From contig NC_092671.1 of the NCBI RefSeq assembly GCF_964355755.1, positions 36,900,304-36,964,303 on the forward strand: DNA of 64,000 nucleotides, in the 5' to 3' direction. The translations under genes were made by a program, and so were the position numbers. How positions within the stretch are numbered: position 1 is the first letter of the stretch; every line of letters starts with the position of its first letter. The notes beneath the pieces are model-generated. The model saw only the letters and a list, made by a program, of their open reading frames with translations, was not told the origin of the DNA and did no database searches. This document shows, one piece after another, positions 13,236 to 25,777 of this stretch. The stretch comes from Antedon mediterranea (lineage: Eukaryota > Animalia > Echinodermata).

Positions 13236-14287
13236 CACTTTGACTGCCAAACACGAAGATCTTCGTTTTTGGAAACACAACGCTTGACTGCCAAAAACGA
13301 AGATCTTCGTTTTTCGCGTTTTTTTACTAAATCCGGTAGATAGGTTAATTATTGGTATATACTAAAAATATGAACACTATATTCGGTCTGGACCGTCAAT
13401 ATTTTACAATTTGAAAGTAACTAATCTGGTTACGAACGACTGTCAAAATGGTACCTGTCGAAATAACAAACACCGCGCATCACAGTAGCGCGTAGAGCGA
13501 TGGCTTGGCGCATTGTGTATCGGTCGCGCGCTAGCTATGCCGCCGAAGCATTACAAAGGTTTTTGTGGATTGACATGTTTGTTTGTTATCTGAATAAAAA
13601 ATAATGGAGTCATTTTCAATATGAAGTCTTTAATTTTATTATTGTATGTATACCCTAATTGTTTTGGTGTTTTACTGAAAGTGACCGAGTTTCACGCAAC
13701 AAACTTGTTTTGAAATGGTATGGTTATTATCATCAGTTTATTATCTCTTAGGCCTAGGCTAGTAGTACTAGGCTATAGCCTAGCCCTAGTCGTAAAACGG
13801 TTCCGGACCAACTTTAGGCCTGGTTAACTAGGCCTGGTGTCTTTACTATGTGGATTTTGGCGAAACATTGATGTAAGATTTATGATTTATAAAATGTAAT
13901 ACATTTTTCGATAGTGATAACTTGTTTTTATAGGCCTATCGGTGCCGTGTAAGTAACTTTTTCGTTGTTTGTTGATCTCACCGGGCGATATTTTCATATT
14001 GTGATGTCTTGCACAAAATCGCGATTATCTCGACTTTCTTGCGCGAAACTACGAAAAATTCAAAAAGTGGGTTACTTTCATTTTACTATTACGATTTACA
14101 TATTGCGATTTAAAAATCGTTCTTGGTACCAATGTAAAGCTAAAATCTTTATGATTATTTTAGTCTAAATTACATATAAATCAGATCACATACATGGTTT
14201 CAATCAGCTTTAATAAAAACATCGAATTGGGCTAAAAACGCTGGCGGTGGCAGTTTCTAACTGGAAAAACCTCTGGCAGTCAAAGTG
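13236..14287. mobile_element. 1.05-kb non-autonomous DNA transposon with TTAA TSD (piggyBac- or Chapaev-like)
   Basis: Perfect 14-bp TIR CACTTTGACTGCCA, TTAA on both sides, and a duplicated subterminal motif (ttgactgccaaa.acgaagatcttcgtttt twice). Confidence 0.8.
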
Positions 14288-15326
14288 TTAAACGGTTAAA
14301 AATGTGAAAAATAAGTCGATTCTAATAATTATAGCAGCCCGCTATAAATCCCAAAATGCATTGCGCGCGGATTGATATTTTTGTTTTTCACCTGTAAATC
14401 GCCCACTTTTCGATCGATCGTGAGGCCAAAACAAATGGAAGACTCCTAACTTTTCAGCGAAAATACCGGGTTTTCCCCAATTTGTATCAACGGAGTCTGG
14501 CAAAAATAGAAAGACAATTAATGCAGCAACTATACAACGTCAGGCTAGGTATATAGCTAGCGTACGATGTTCGTACGTTACCGATGTTTACCAGTTAGGC
14601 CTACAAAACTAAGCCTAGCTAGGCTAGGCCTAAGACCGTCCACGAGAGGTCGATCGCCGCGAGCTACTTAGGTAGTGCATTGTTTCTCACTTTTTATCAT
14701 AATTTACCATAAAACGTACATTTAAGACAAGGAATGACATGGTTTAATGTTTTTAAAGTGATATATATGTATTATTTTCCAAAAAACGTCCAAAATAAAT
14801 ATTTTGAAATGTGATGCAATCCTGCATTCTATGTTTCATTTCAAGTTGGAATCCGATTCGGTTGGCCTCATTCTTATTCAAAGTATAATCCAGATAGCAT
14901 AAACGCACACAGAGAAACAGTTTAAAAAGAAAGGATCAGGTGCCGTTTTCGGCCACCTCGACTTGTATGGACTATACCATTATAAAAAGATGGGAAAATA
15001 GGGGTGTCCCATTTATTAATTGAGTGTGTTCATGTGTTAAAATACTGCTCCTTTTGTTCTTTTGTTTTTCTTGTTGTTTCAGCAACAAAGGGAAAACAAC
15101 TACGCCCTGCATGCTGTAGAATTAATTTCAGTTTTCAAGTTAATGCAGTATATTATGGCTCTTTATTTCTATATAATTTTTACAGGTTTATAGATACAGA
15201 AAGTATATAAAGAAAGTTTTTATTCCAGTTAGGCCTACAAATAAAAAATATAATTTACCTAACGATAACACAGTAGTACATTTAATAAAGATGACAGTAG
15301 TACATTTATCACATACTGATTATTAG

Positions 15327-15352
15327 CATGGAGTAAAATTCTTTACTCCATG
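15327..15352. mobile_element. Probable P-type transposon excision footprint (fused TIR stubs)
   Basis: CATGGAGTAAA-ATTC-TTTACTCCATG flanked by a perfect 7-bp direct repeat TTATTAG. Confidence 0.6.
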
Positions 15353-15559
15353 TTATTAGGTAATCAGTAAAACAATAAACATTATAATTTTGTCAGTGAA
15401 TCTGTACCATTTTGTTCCCAGAAAACACAGCGTTTGACATTGCATGTTTTTAGGTTTGGTCTTTCTAAAATGTTTTAAACACGTTTTTAAACGTTTCTGT
15501 GTAGAAATACATGTTTTAATTGAACAACGTTTGCATCAAAACGTTATAATAGCGAATGT

Positions 15560-15985
15560 AAAACGGAGCTGATAATGTCGCCATGAAGAGGATGATTGGT
15601 GTCTTCCAATATAGCATGGAATACATCGGCAAGCTGTTCGCTGTAGAACGAGTCAAGCATTTGCATACTAGACAAACCAATTACTTTCCACGCTCTACCC
15701 AGCACCTTCTCAATTCGGTCTTTATCCCCCTTACATTCCCTTACTGATATTCCTAGCCCAATATACAATATGCCAAAATAGAACATCACTGATTAGTAAA
15801 ACATAAACATTCTATAGTACAAATATCCTGCTTTACCCCAAAGAACCGAGTTTCCTCAAGCAGTACAGCCTTGTATTTAACCTCTTAACTACGATCAACA
15901 TGTCCACCCATTTAGCTTTAGTCAAACACTACTGCCAGATACTTATCAATAATTGTTAACAATCTCTACTTCCTTTACTTTAATT
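15560..15985 (-). pseudogene. Decayed non-LTR retrotransposon ORF2 fragment (RT C-terminal region, Rex1/Babar- or L2-like)
   Basis: Frameshifted translation gives EVEIV..KYL.VVFD.KL.W..HVD, RLYCLRKLGS.GV, DKDRIEKVLGRAWKVIG, ILEDTNHPLH, the typical post-RT segment of this clade. Confidence 0.7.
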
Positions 15986-16381
15986 AATGTATACTGTCAG
16001 ACCAATTATGTTTTCGAAAATCAATCCTTATTTCTTTCGTTTTATTTATGTTTAGTTCAAGAAAATAAAAAATATGATTTATCTACCGATAGGATTGGGC
16101 CGATTAGAATGCATTTGCCAACATTCGTACATATTTCACAACATTATAGAGTTTAGGTAATTTAACCGATTGTAATGTAGTATTTAGGATGTTTTAATTC
16201 CGATTGTATTGTAGTATTTAAGATTTTCTAATTTCGAATCCGATTGTACAAAAATTTAAAGTGTTTAAATCTAGATAGGAATAACATAGGCCTAGTATTT
16301 AATATGCTTTAATTTTGATTATACTGTAGTGTTTAGTTTAGTTTTTATATATAATAAGTAAGTATACCTACTTATATAGTT

Positions 16382-17280
16382 TTTATTTATTTATTTATTC
16401 ATAGGAATCACCTTTATATCGGTGTCACACATTTATCAGTTAATGGTGCATCCAATTTACAGACAAAATTACAAATAACATAAGCCACAAAGTTCTAAAT
16501 ACTAATACATAACATCAAAACAAAATGTAAACTAGTTAATTAATTTATAGATCTGTATGAAAATACATAATACGTAAATTGTACAATATATATAACTACA
16601 AAAATTAAAACAGAACAACAAAAATACAGGATAGGCCTAAGAAATAAAACTTACAGATACATCCTCATAGAGATGTATGTAGCTTGTTTACTATATTAAT
16701 CAATTAGTTGAGAGAGGTAATGTGGATAACATTGTAGATCTAGTAACCCATGCTTTCATTAAATATGTTTTACAATAAAAATCAAAGATTTTTCCTAATG
16801 TTTCATTTTCAGTGAATAAATTGTCTAGCATAAAGTGGTGTTTTAACTGAGGTCCACAATTAAAATTATCCCGGTACATACTTAATTATTGTCTAACAGA
16901 GTTTAATGAAGGACATTTAAATAACAAAATGGTTTACTGTTTCTTTTTCGTTTGTACTACACATCTTACATAATCCTGTGTCATGATTTGATCAGGATTT
17001 TCTACGACCCTCAAGATCTAGAGAGTTTGATCTTGCTTTAAATTTTAAATTGATACTCTTAAAATTAGTTTTATCTAACAAATATTGTTCAAGGTTTGGT
17101 TCCTTTATACATAGTATATTCCGTTAACGTTGTGTTTTGCATGGAATTTCGTTTTGCATTGTGCCTTTGAAAACCACTCGTTATGATCAACTTGTTTATT
17201 ATTTTTCCTAAATGGCTTTATCCAGTTAGTAGATGGTTCTTCATTAAATTTGTCTATAAAATTAGTTTTATATAAAATAT
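16382..17280 (-). pseudogene. Decayed LINE 3' end with CCHC zinc knuckle (RTE-X/L1-like) and (TAAA)n tail
   Basis: Minus strand reads KARSNSLDLEGR...GLCKMCSTNEKETVNHF/LFKCPSLNSVR (CxxC-x8-H-x4-C with one frameshift) around 16900-17040; GAATAAATAAATAAATAAAA tail at ~16382-16400. Confidence 0.6.
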
Positions 17281-17415
17281 CTTAATATAATATAATAATA
17301 TTGTAATATAGTAATATTGTTACAAAATCTTGGCATTCCCTAACACTAGGCCTACCTAATAATAACATGCCTTTTTAAAATGCTAGTTTTTGATGTTCTG
17401 TATTGTTCCTTGTAG

Positions 17416-18560
17416 TAGGGATACCGAGAGCTGACTCCATTTTCATTACCACGATTAAACAGCGCGCACGTTACTATGCGCGCAATGTCATTGACGCGGT
17501 ATTTTTTTACTTTGGTAAACACTTTTTATTAGGTAATTATTCTGAAAATAAATTAATTATGAAAATATCCTTTTGAGTAAATATTCATTTACCTATTATT
17601 CTATAAGATCAAGTATTTTTTATTTCCATTTCATTCAACCAAAAATGTTAATATAGTGGTTAAAAGATCGTTATCGCCTAGCGCGTATAGCTTTTGTTTA
17701 CTACGAAACCCTCGGAAGGCTCAATGACCTACCATTTTCAACCTTATTTTTGTAGTTGAGCCTCTTATGACCTCAAAATGTATTTTATTCCTACACCAAG
17801 ATAATATAGTTCCACATACCATGTGCTTGTTACTAAGAAAAATATTAATTTTAAGTGCTAAAAAAACAGTTTTATCCCGATATGAGGTCTATATAATTCG
17901 AATATTTCATAGTAACAGCCCATATACCATGAAAAATAGCTGTTTTGTCCATTTTAAAAATAATTTTTGGAAAATTCCGAGAGGCTCAACTACAAAAACG
18001 CCATTTTATGGTATGATGTCATCGCAAGCCAATCAAACCTTCGCATTCGACCGCTCCGCATGTCTCACGGTTGAACGATTTTGGATTCTCGCCCTTTGAT
18101 TGGTTGACGCGAATCAACACACAGCGGAATAATTTTCTCGCAAGTGCCGTGAAGTCACATGGTGTCAGGCCAGTCCAATTACACGGGAAAATAATGCATT
18201 GAAATTCTTTGAATGAGGTTAAATAAACACTCTTTTTTATATAATAAATAAGTATCATCATATTTGATTGAATTTTACAATGTTGATATACAAAATATAT
18301 TACTTAAAACCGTGATTTTATATAATTATTTTTACGAAAAATGACTAGTTCATACAATTGTCGACTGGGGGCGCAATTTGTTTACATCGTTCGTGGCTAA
18401 AAACGATCATTTTCGGCGATGTTTAAAACCCTATATTTCGAAAACTACAAGTCATATTTTCATAATTCTTTCTTTATTATAATATTGATACAAAATACTA
18501 ACAGGCAATGTATAATTTGTTTGCAAAATATTAACTTTTAATTTTACATCGTTATCCCTA
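17416..18560. mobile_element. 1.15-kb non-autonomous hAT-like element with 7-bp TSD, nested in the 3.8-kb element
   Basis: TIR TAGGGATA(C/A)CGA at both ends; direct repeat CTTGTAG at 17409-17415 and 18561-18567. Confidence 0.65.
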
Positions 18561-19150
18561 CTTGTAGTTTGTACTGTAGGTTACATAACAGAACAATTGT
18601 ATTGTCTTCCCATTAATAGACACCCTTCTCTACATAAAACATAATACACCACACCCCTATCAAAATAATGGTATAGTCCATATAAGTCGAGGTGGCCGAA
18701 AACGGCACCTGATCCAAAAGAAATAACTGAAAATCCATTTTTTTATTTTTACTCTTTTTAATTTGAATTAAAGCCTAAAAAAACTATAATTTCATTAATT
18801 AAACAATAAAATCATACTTTAATAACATAAAATACAGTAATTGAAATGACAAAACATAAAGCCTACAAAGTTTCTAAATAGCCTAGTCTTAAATGAAAGC
18901 CAATCCGGTCTTGGACACCCGAATGAGGCTTTCTCTTTCCTTGTTCACACAAAAAGAATACTTGGCTTCGGCCTACAGATTCTTGTCAGACAACACCCAT
19001 AATTTATTACTCATTGTTCATTAAAACTATAATTTGTATAAAAACCGGTCATACAAATGTAATAAATATATATTAGAGAATATAATGTAGTAACAAATAT
19101 GACATGAAATGTTTTCAAAGTAGAATATTTAAAGAAATAAGGCAACTCAC

Positions 19151-19215
19151 GTGTCCTTTAGATTAAAAAAATGCTCTTTTTTCAACGACAATGAAACGGG
19201 GAAGTAAAGACAAAA
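19151..19215 (-). other. Candidate non-coding first exon of BZW
   Basis: Strong minus-strand donor CAC|gtgagt at 19151/19150 downstream of a pyrimidine-rich start-like tract. The BZW ATG exon has an acceptor only 11 nt upstream (12994), so a 5' exon is required. The 5' end is approximate. Confidence 0.45.
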
Positions 19216-20454
19216 CGGTTTAGGGGTCAACATGACTTTACCTATTTTTTGTTAAATTATTTGTATTAAAATTGTAAAACTCATTGATTATAGAAAAATA
19301 ATAAATAAATAATAATATTTTATAATATTATAAATTATATTTATTAAAAGCAATAAAAAGAATGATTCTAATGTTTTACCAAATTTTATTAGGTGTGTAT
19401 ACCCCGAGTATAACCTTTTCCGGGTTCTTTCCGGGTATCAGACTATTTTTAACTTTGTTTTTTAAAAACGTGCATATCTTTGAATAAATAAACATAAAGA
19501 TAAAACAGCAAATTAAAATATGACTTAAATAGAATTCTTTATTTTAAATTCTTTAATTAAAATGTTAATATCAATTTGAAATTTAAAATTGCAGAATGTT
19601 GTTACATAATGTAAAAGGTTACACGGTGGGTCATATACTAGTCATTCATGCATAACGTTATGCAATACTGCTGTACCATGTGATTACAGTGTATAATTAT
19701 TCAACAGCAGTATTCAAATTAACAAGTGTGTTCCTTTGTTCTATGTTGGTTAAAAATTCCTCAATGTGATTTGTTTCATCGGCGATTCAAATTAGCAAAT
19801 GGGTTATTAAATTTTAAGGTTAGAATAGAGTAAATGCTAGGCGAGAGGTATAAATGTAGAGTAAATATTAAAATATGATGAAACTATCATCACATTTTTG
19901 ATAGACCTTTGCTGTCTAAGTCTTAGGGCCTAGGCCTAGCCTGTGCCCTCCCCTGGCTATCTAGGAAAGGATAGGCCTTTTGTACAAAATAATTTTGCAT
20001 ATATTATAAAGACAAAAACAGTTAACCAATCCTCTGTTGATAATATTCAATGCCTTCTATCTAATTGACCATTCTTTTATGGTTTTTAGATAAATATTTT
20101 TGTTTGTTTAGGACAATAATTATGATCAATGAATCTTCAAAGTAAATCATTATCTGACATTAAAATAAAATGGCTTATTTATTCAAACATTATCTTTTAA
20201 TTGCAATTAACACCTTTTTACCATTACTCTTTTTTCTATGACTTATTTTGTACTTGTTTGATGACACTTAAAACCATGAGAATGCTTTAATTAATTCTGT
20301 CGACCATTTTTTTTAAAAACAGGATTTGGAAAATCAATTCATGGTATGGAAACTTCATAAATGATTTCACTATCATTTCAAACGCAAGATGCTTCCTGAA
20401 AGTTTTTAACATTTTATTTGCTTTAAATTTTGAATACGAGTAGTATTTGAAAAA

Positions 20455-23400
20455 ATGTATAGATTTCATAGACATTTATTAAAACTATGTTCAATAAAGC
20501 CCTATCATAAGATTGTCAATGGTTACTGCAAGTCACAACGTAGAAATTGGAAAATTTTGTTTTTCGGTACCGATTCTTTCTCCTTAGAAACACTGAAGTT
20601 ACTCAATGAAAACAGGTGAGGACTGAAGATAAATTTTAATTAAAAACAAGGTTTTCTGACTTTTGAGGTTTTCATAGTGAGAGTCATAAATAAATTATTC
20701 TGTGACATTCATCATTTAAACTTGGAGATAAAAAACATATGGAAAACTACGTAACTTTAATAAATAATGACTAAATTAAAATGGAATCCCTTTAAAAATA
20801 AATACATTGAATAGAAATAAAGAACCAAAACAGATTAGCTACAGTAATACAGAAACGACAGTAAACCTTTGCAAATATTATTTATATTTTCCATATATTT
20901 AATGAAATTGATATTTTTTCTTTTATAAGCATTTGCTTCTTGAATTTTCTCCTTTTCTTTGTTTAAATCAGTTATTTTAAATTTTTTGTTATATTGAAAT
21001 TTAATTCATCGGTCAAAGAAAATAAAAGAAGTTGTCACTGTCATCAAAATGCATTTTTCTTTTTTTAGAAAGAAAGATGGATTGGTTTGTGAACTCCAAG
21101 TTGTCTGTGCTAGTAAAGTAAGTAGAAAAAGAAAGGGTGCAAAATATAAATGCTCTTGCAGTAACAGCTATTGTTCTACTAATTCATTTTGTGCTTTTTA
21201 CATTTTCTGTTGATTGTTCAGTACTTTAGAGGCACCCGCATTTTGCGCTATATAAATTGAACATTATTATTAATCTAATTTTTTAAATTATTTAGTTTGT
21301 CAAAGTTCGGCGTAAGTTGAAGCAGGTTTCTCCCGTGTGGACTTACGTGCAAGACAACGATTTGAAGACTATACCATGGCCGGTGGTTGATAAACAGAGT
21401 CTGAAAGGTTTTGATGTTGGTGTACTGTCATCTTTTGGCCATCTTATACCATCTGACGTTCTAGATTCACTACCACTGTAAGTGTCAACTATGTTTAAGA
21501 ACTATTTATTTATCTGTGTTTACAATACCAGTACAGGGCCGTAGCCACCAGTACAGTTGGTAAGGTTTCACCCTGACCACTTTTTCACAGAGGCTTTTGA
21601 CAACCCTGTGGCTATAGACTTGCTCCAAGTCTGTATTTATTATCTTTTTTTATGCCATTCCATACGTCATCGTTTTGATTTTTGTCATGAGTATCCAAAC
21701 TCAAGTAATACACGTATGAAACACCATATGTGCAAAAATGTTTATATTTTTACTAATATTAAGACAAAACTTCGTCTGGAGCCCAGACTACCCTGTGACT
21801 TGAACAAAGATTGTTCCCTTTTCTTGCGAAAACCGAACCACTTTGTTTCTTATGGCTACAGCACTGCAGTATGGTAGTTGCAAAAGGATATTGTCACCTG
21901 TTGTTTAAAGATGCCACCAAAGTGAATGATGAATTAAATTACATTTTAGTAAACATTACATTTAGTTTGACAAAGTAAATACTGTACATTTACTTTAATT
22001 ATGAACTGTAATCTAAACCATAGTAGATGTTACAATTAGTTCAGAAAGAGTTCACACATTTGATTACCAATACCAGACAAATTGAAATATATACAGTTAT
22101 TGTAAAGCTCTGTCTACACTATCAAATTAGTTTGACAAAATAAGTGTGATGTGCCAAAATATGGTAGCGATATATTAAAAATTATGGTAGTGATATGATG
22201 ATCATCATGTCCATATATGGGCACATCATATTTTGTTGTCACATAAAGTTTAATAGTGTAGACAGGGCTTAACTGAACTACAAACTCATAAATATATAAT
22301 GTGGCCATTTTGCAGTGGTATTATAAATGTACATCCCAGCTTACTTCCACGTTGGCGAGGTGCCAACCCAATCATGCATGCTATACTTAATGGTGACAAG
22401 GAGACTGGAGTAACCATAATGCAACTTAGTGAAAGGTAAGCATGTATATTGTGGTGGAGCTGTAGTTGGTGCTTGCCTTCCAATCCAAAGATCCAGGATT
22501 CAATTCTGACCAGGTGCCATGGTTGTACACTATCAGTATCAAAATAATTTGACAAAAAAAAGTGTGATGTGGCCAAATATGGTAGTGATATGACATCACT
22601 ATGTCTATATATATGAGCACATCACATAAAGTTTGATAGAGACAGAGCTTAAGCCTCAAATAAGACTTAATTTATAAGCATGATAAATTATAAAATAGTT
22701 ATATCCATCTTGTAATTGGCGATTTGCTTACTGTTGAATGCGTATGAAATAAATGTGTATATAAATAAGAAAGATTGAAGGCAGTCTAGTATATAGAGTA
22801 TATTACACCTCCATTCATCGGACACCAATTTTAAAGGGGGCGCTATATACTGTATGTTTTAACAGACAACTCCTATTCAGAGTACACTTTGTTTGATAAG
22901 GTTTTGATAATAAATCTGTACTCTTATACAGTAGCCATTTTTGTATTTCATCATAATTCAAATATTTAATATATATTAAAATAACATTTTATTTTAGGTT
23001 TGATTGTGGACCTATATTAAATCAAAAACACTATCCTGTTCCTGCTAAGTGTACTGCTGCTGATCTGAGACAATTACTTGCCAAAGAAGGTGGAGCTCTA
23101 GTGAGTGGAACGTCATCATACATGTTACTAAAAATAGAACAGTACACTCATTTGCTTTCAAACCATTATTATAATTGTTCAACCGGATTTGCTCATTAGG
23201 GCCAATATAGTATGTTTGCAACAGATAACATGATAGAGCGTGGTTCCCACTAGCGATGCAACACAAGGACGTAACGCAACGCAAGTGAATTGACCAATCA
23301 CAAGCGATGGCTTATTCGCTTGTGATTGCTAACTGTCTATAACTTTGCTTGTCATTGGTTAAAACGCTTGCGTTGCGTTTACGTCCTTGCGTTACATTCT

Positions 23401-24772
23401 AGTGGGAACCAAGCTTAACAGTTGTATCTCTGCTTCCACTACTGCAGTGTAAATTGTAAACAGTCGAAATTGATGGCAGCAAATATAATTAATAGGTAGT
23501 TCAGTAAATGTTAAAATGCTAGGCATACTATTTTCTAATACAAACTGTATAGTAGACTTACTGTCCGTATACTATTTATGTCATGTGTAAAAAGAGTAAT
23601 ATGCTCTAAAGCTCTGTCTACACTATCAAACTTTATGTGACAAAAAAAATGTGCCCATATATGGACATGAAGTCATAGCACTAACATATTGGGTATATCA
23701 CTACGATATTTGGGCACATCACACTTTTTGTGAAACTAGTATGATAGTGTAGACTTTGTTGTTTCAGTTAATAGAAACACTGAGAGATCTTGAACAATGT
23801 ATTGCTAACAAGAGGGAACAGGATGAAAGAGAAGTGGTGGATGGTAGGTACAGTAATTATTACGTTGTATAGCTTTTGTGTTCTATGAAATTTTATTAAT
23901 CAAATTAAGTAATGACAAAAATATAGAGGTTTACAAAGGTTTATGAAAAATAAAAATTAAACATATTTAATTAATTAATTTTTAAAATGTTTAGCACCCA
24001 AACGAAAGCCAGGGATTGAAATAGTGGATTGGAGTAAGAGTTGTGAAAGTATTTCCCGATTATATCGTGCAATATCAGATGAGGTGAGTTATAAATATAT
24101 AGTCATAAAAATAAGTAGTCATTTTAATCATGTACTATAGAACATTACTGAACAAAGAATAATTTTGTATGTTTAAATTTGTTATTTTTAGGTAACATTA
24201 CAGACTGTTTGGAAGGGTGATGTGGTCAAATTGAGCAAAATGGTAACAGTGGAATCACAAAGCATAGGTTTGTTGAAAAATATATCTACATTATCAAACT
24301 TTGTGTGAAAAAAAATGTGATGTGCCCATATGATGATGTCATATCACTACCATATTTGGACATATCACTACCATATTTGGGCACATCACACTTTTTTGTC
24401 ACATAAAGTTTTATGGTGTAGACAGAGCTTAACTGTTGCTAGATGAACAATTTTAGGCAAGGTGAGGCTTGGTATATATGATGATGCCTGCCTATTAATG
24501 CATGTGTTTCTTACAACAAAACTTCTCAACTCAAACCATGTTAAGTTTATATTCTTTTTATAGGCATCAGTGATGTTGTTGCAGGTCAGATAAGCTACTC
24601 AAAATCACACAAGGCCCTGTGTGTTCATTGCAGAGATGGGTGGTTAGGATTCCAAGAGATTGTGTTCAATGGGAAACGGTTATCAGCAGCAGATTTCAAC
24701 AACGGTTTCTTAGCAGGGCCTAAAATCAAAACAGTTGAAATATTTCAATCAAACATAGATGATAAATCGTGA
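20455..24772 (+). CDS. MTFMT: Mitochondrial methionyl-tRNA formyltransferase, about 354 aa
   Basis: 9 exons: 20455-20615, 21069-21117, 21296-21477, 22316-22435, 22998-23100, 23768-23843, 23995-24083, 24192-24267, 24564-24772 (TGA). Basic, acid-free presequence; motifs [73 protein letters not shown] at 24812-24817. Confidence 0.95.
21534..21866. mobile_element. hAT-like MITE with 5-bp TSD in an MTFMT intron
   Basis: TIRs CAGGGCCGTAGCCA / CAGTGCTGTAGCCA (12 of 14); direct repeat CAGTA on both sides. Confidence 0.6.
22106..22269. mobile_element. MITE family A copy (MTFMT intron)
   Basis: Same TIRs as family A. Confidence 0.85.
23237..23415. mobile_element. Palindromic MITE family B copy
   Basis: agcgtggttcccactag ... 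ctagtgggaaccaagct; homologous to 3038-3200. Confidence 0.8.
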
Positions 24773-25777
24773 CATAGAGATTAGTTGTATGATACTGTAT
24801 ATAGATTTGCGAATAAAAGAATTGTGTTGAAAGATATCATTTTGTGTTCTATTAGGTGAACTTGTGCAACTGCACAGCTTAATTTGTCAGCACAACCTTT
24901 GGGCTGGCCAAGACATTTGGTCCCACATGATCCACAAGGCACTTGCTTTAGTAGCCCGGTTTATAATACATGATACACTTGTTTTCAAAAATTCCTTTTT
25001 GAAAACAAGTGTAAGGTTGTAACTTTCTGTAACTTTCATCAACAACTGACAAGATCTACTGTGTATACTATAACTACAACATGTAAAGTTAATATCATTT
25101 ATTTCACAACAAATATAAAATATCAGGAATAAATTTATATAATTTATAATAAACTATAATTACATAATATACATATTTTTAATACATACAACACTAGAAT
25201 ACAGTAAATAGATCAAAAATTGGAATTAAAACAATTCATTTAAAATTGATAGTTACAGTAAAAGATTATTTTGCAAATGCATATATTGTTTTTATACTAT
25301 CAAACTTTATGTGACAAAAACATGTGATGCGCCCATATGGACATGATGATGTGATATCACTATCATATTTGGGCACATCACACTTTTCTTGTCAAAATAG
25401 TTTGATTGTGTAGACAGCTTTACAGTATTGAGGTATAAAATCCTTATAGGGCACCAATATTCACAAAATTGAAATTTTAAAATTTGTCCATTTTGAGCTT
25501 AAAAGCTATTTTTTAGATTCACTGTAATACTATGGGATACATTAATGTTTTATGTCATAAGTTTTGTTCTGGTTTGTCTTGGATACTCCACAAACATTTT
25601 AAAATCCTTGTCGCGACTTTCCCTTGAATCCGTTGGCGACAGCGACGAGTCCAAACTCGGAGGAAGCTCATTATATTCGGTTAATATTGATGCGCTTGAG
25701 AGATTACACAGGGTAGGTATTTGTGTTCTGTGCGTTATTCTCATTTGAGCTCTCTCTGCAGATCCTCGTTGGCCAAC

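Larger units (their letters stand above)
14933..18715. mobile_element. 3.8-kb non-autonomous TIR element with GG termini and 8-bp TSD (Merlin- or Mutator-like)
   Basis: 51-bp TIRs GGATCAGGTGCCGTTTTCGGCCACCTCGACTT(G/A)TATGGACTATACCATTAT at 14933-14983 and 18665-18715, one mismatch; flanking direct repeat AAAAGAAA; no transposase ORF seen. Confidence 0.85.

Noticed and set aside
17767-18261. ORFs inside the nested TIR element as possible transposase remnants
   Set aside because: No DDE, BED-finger or dimerisation motifs were recognisable.
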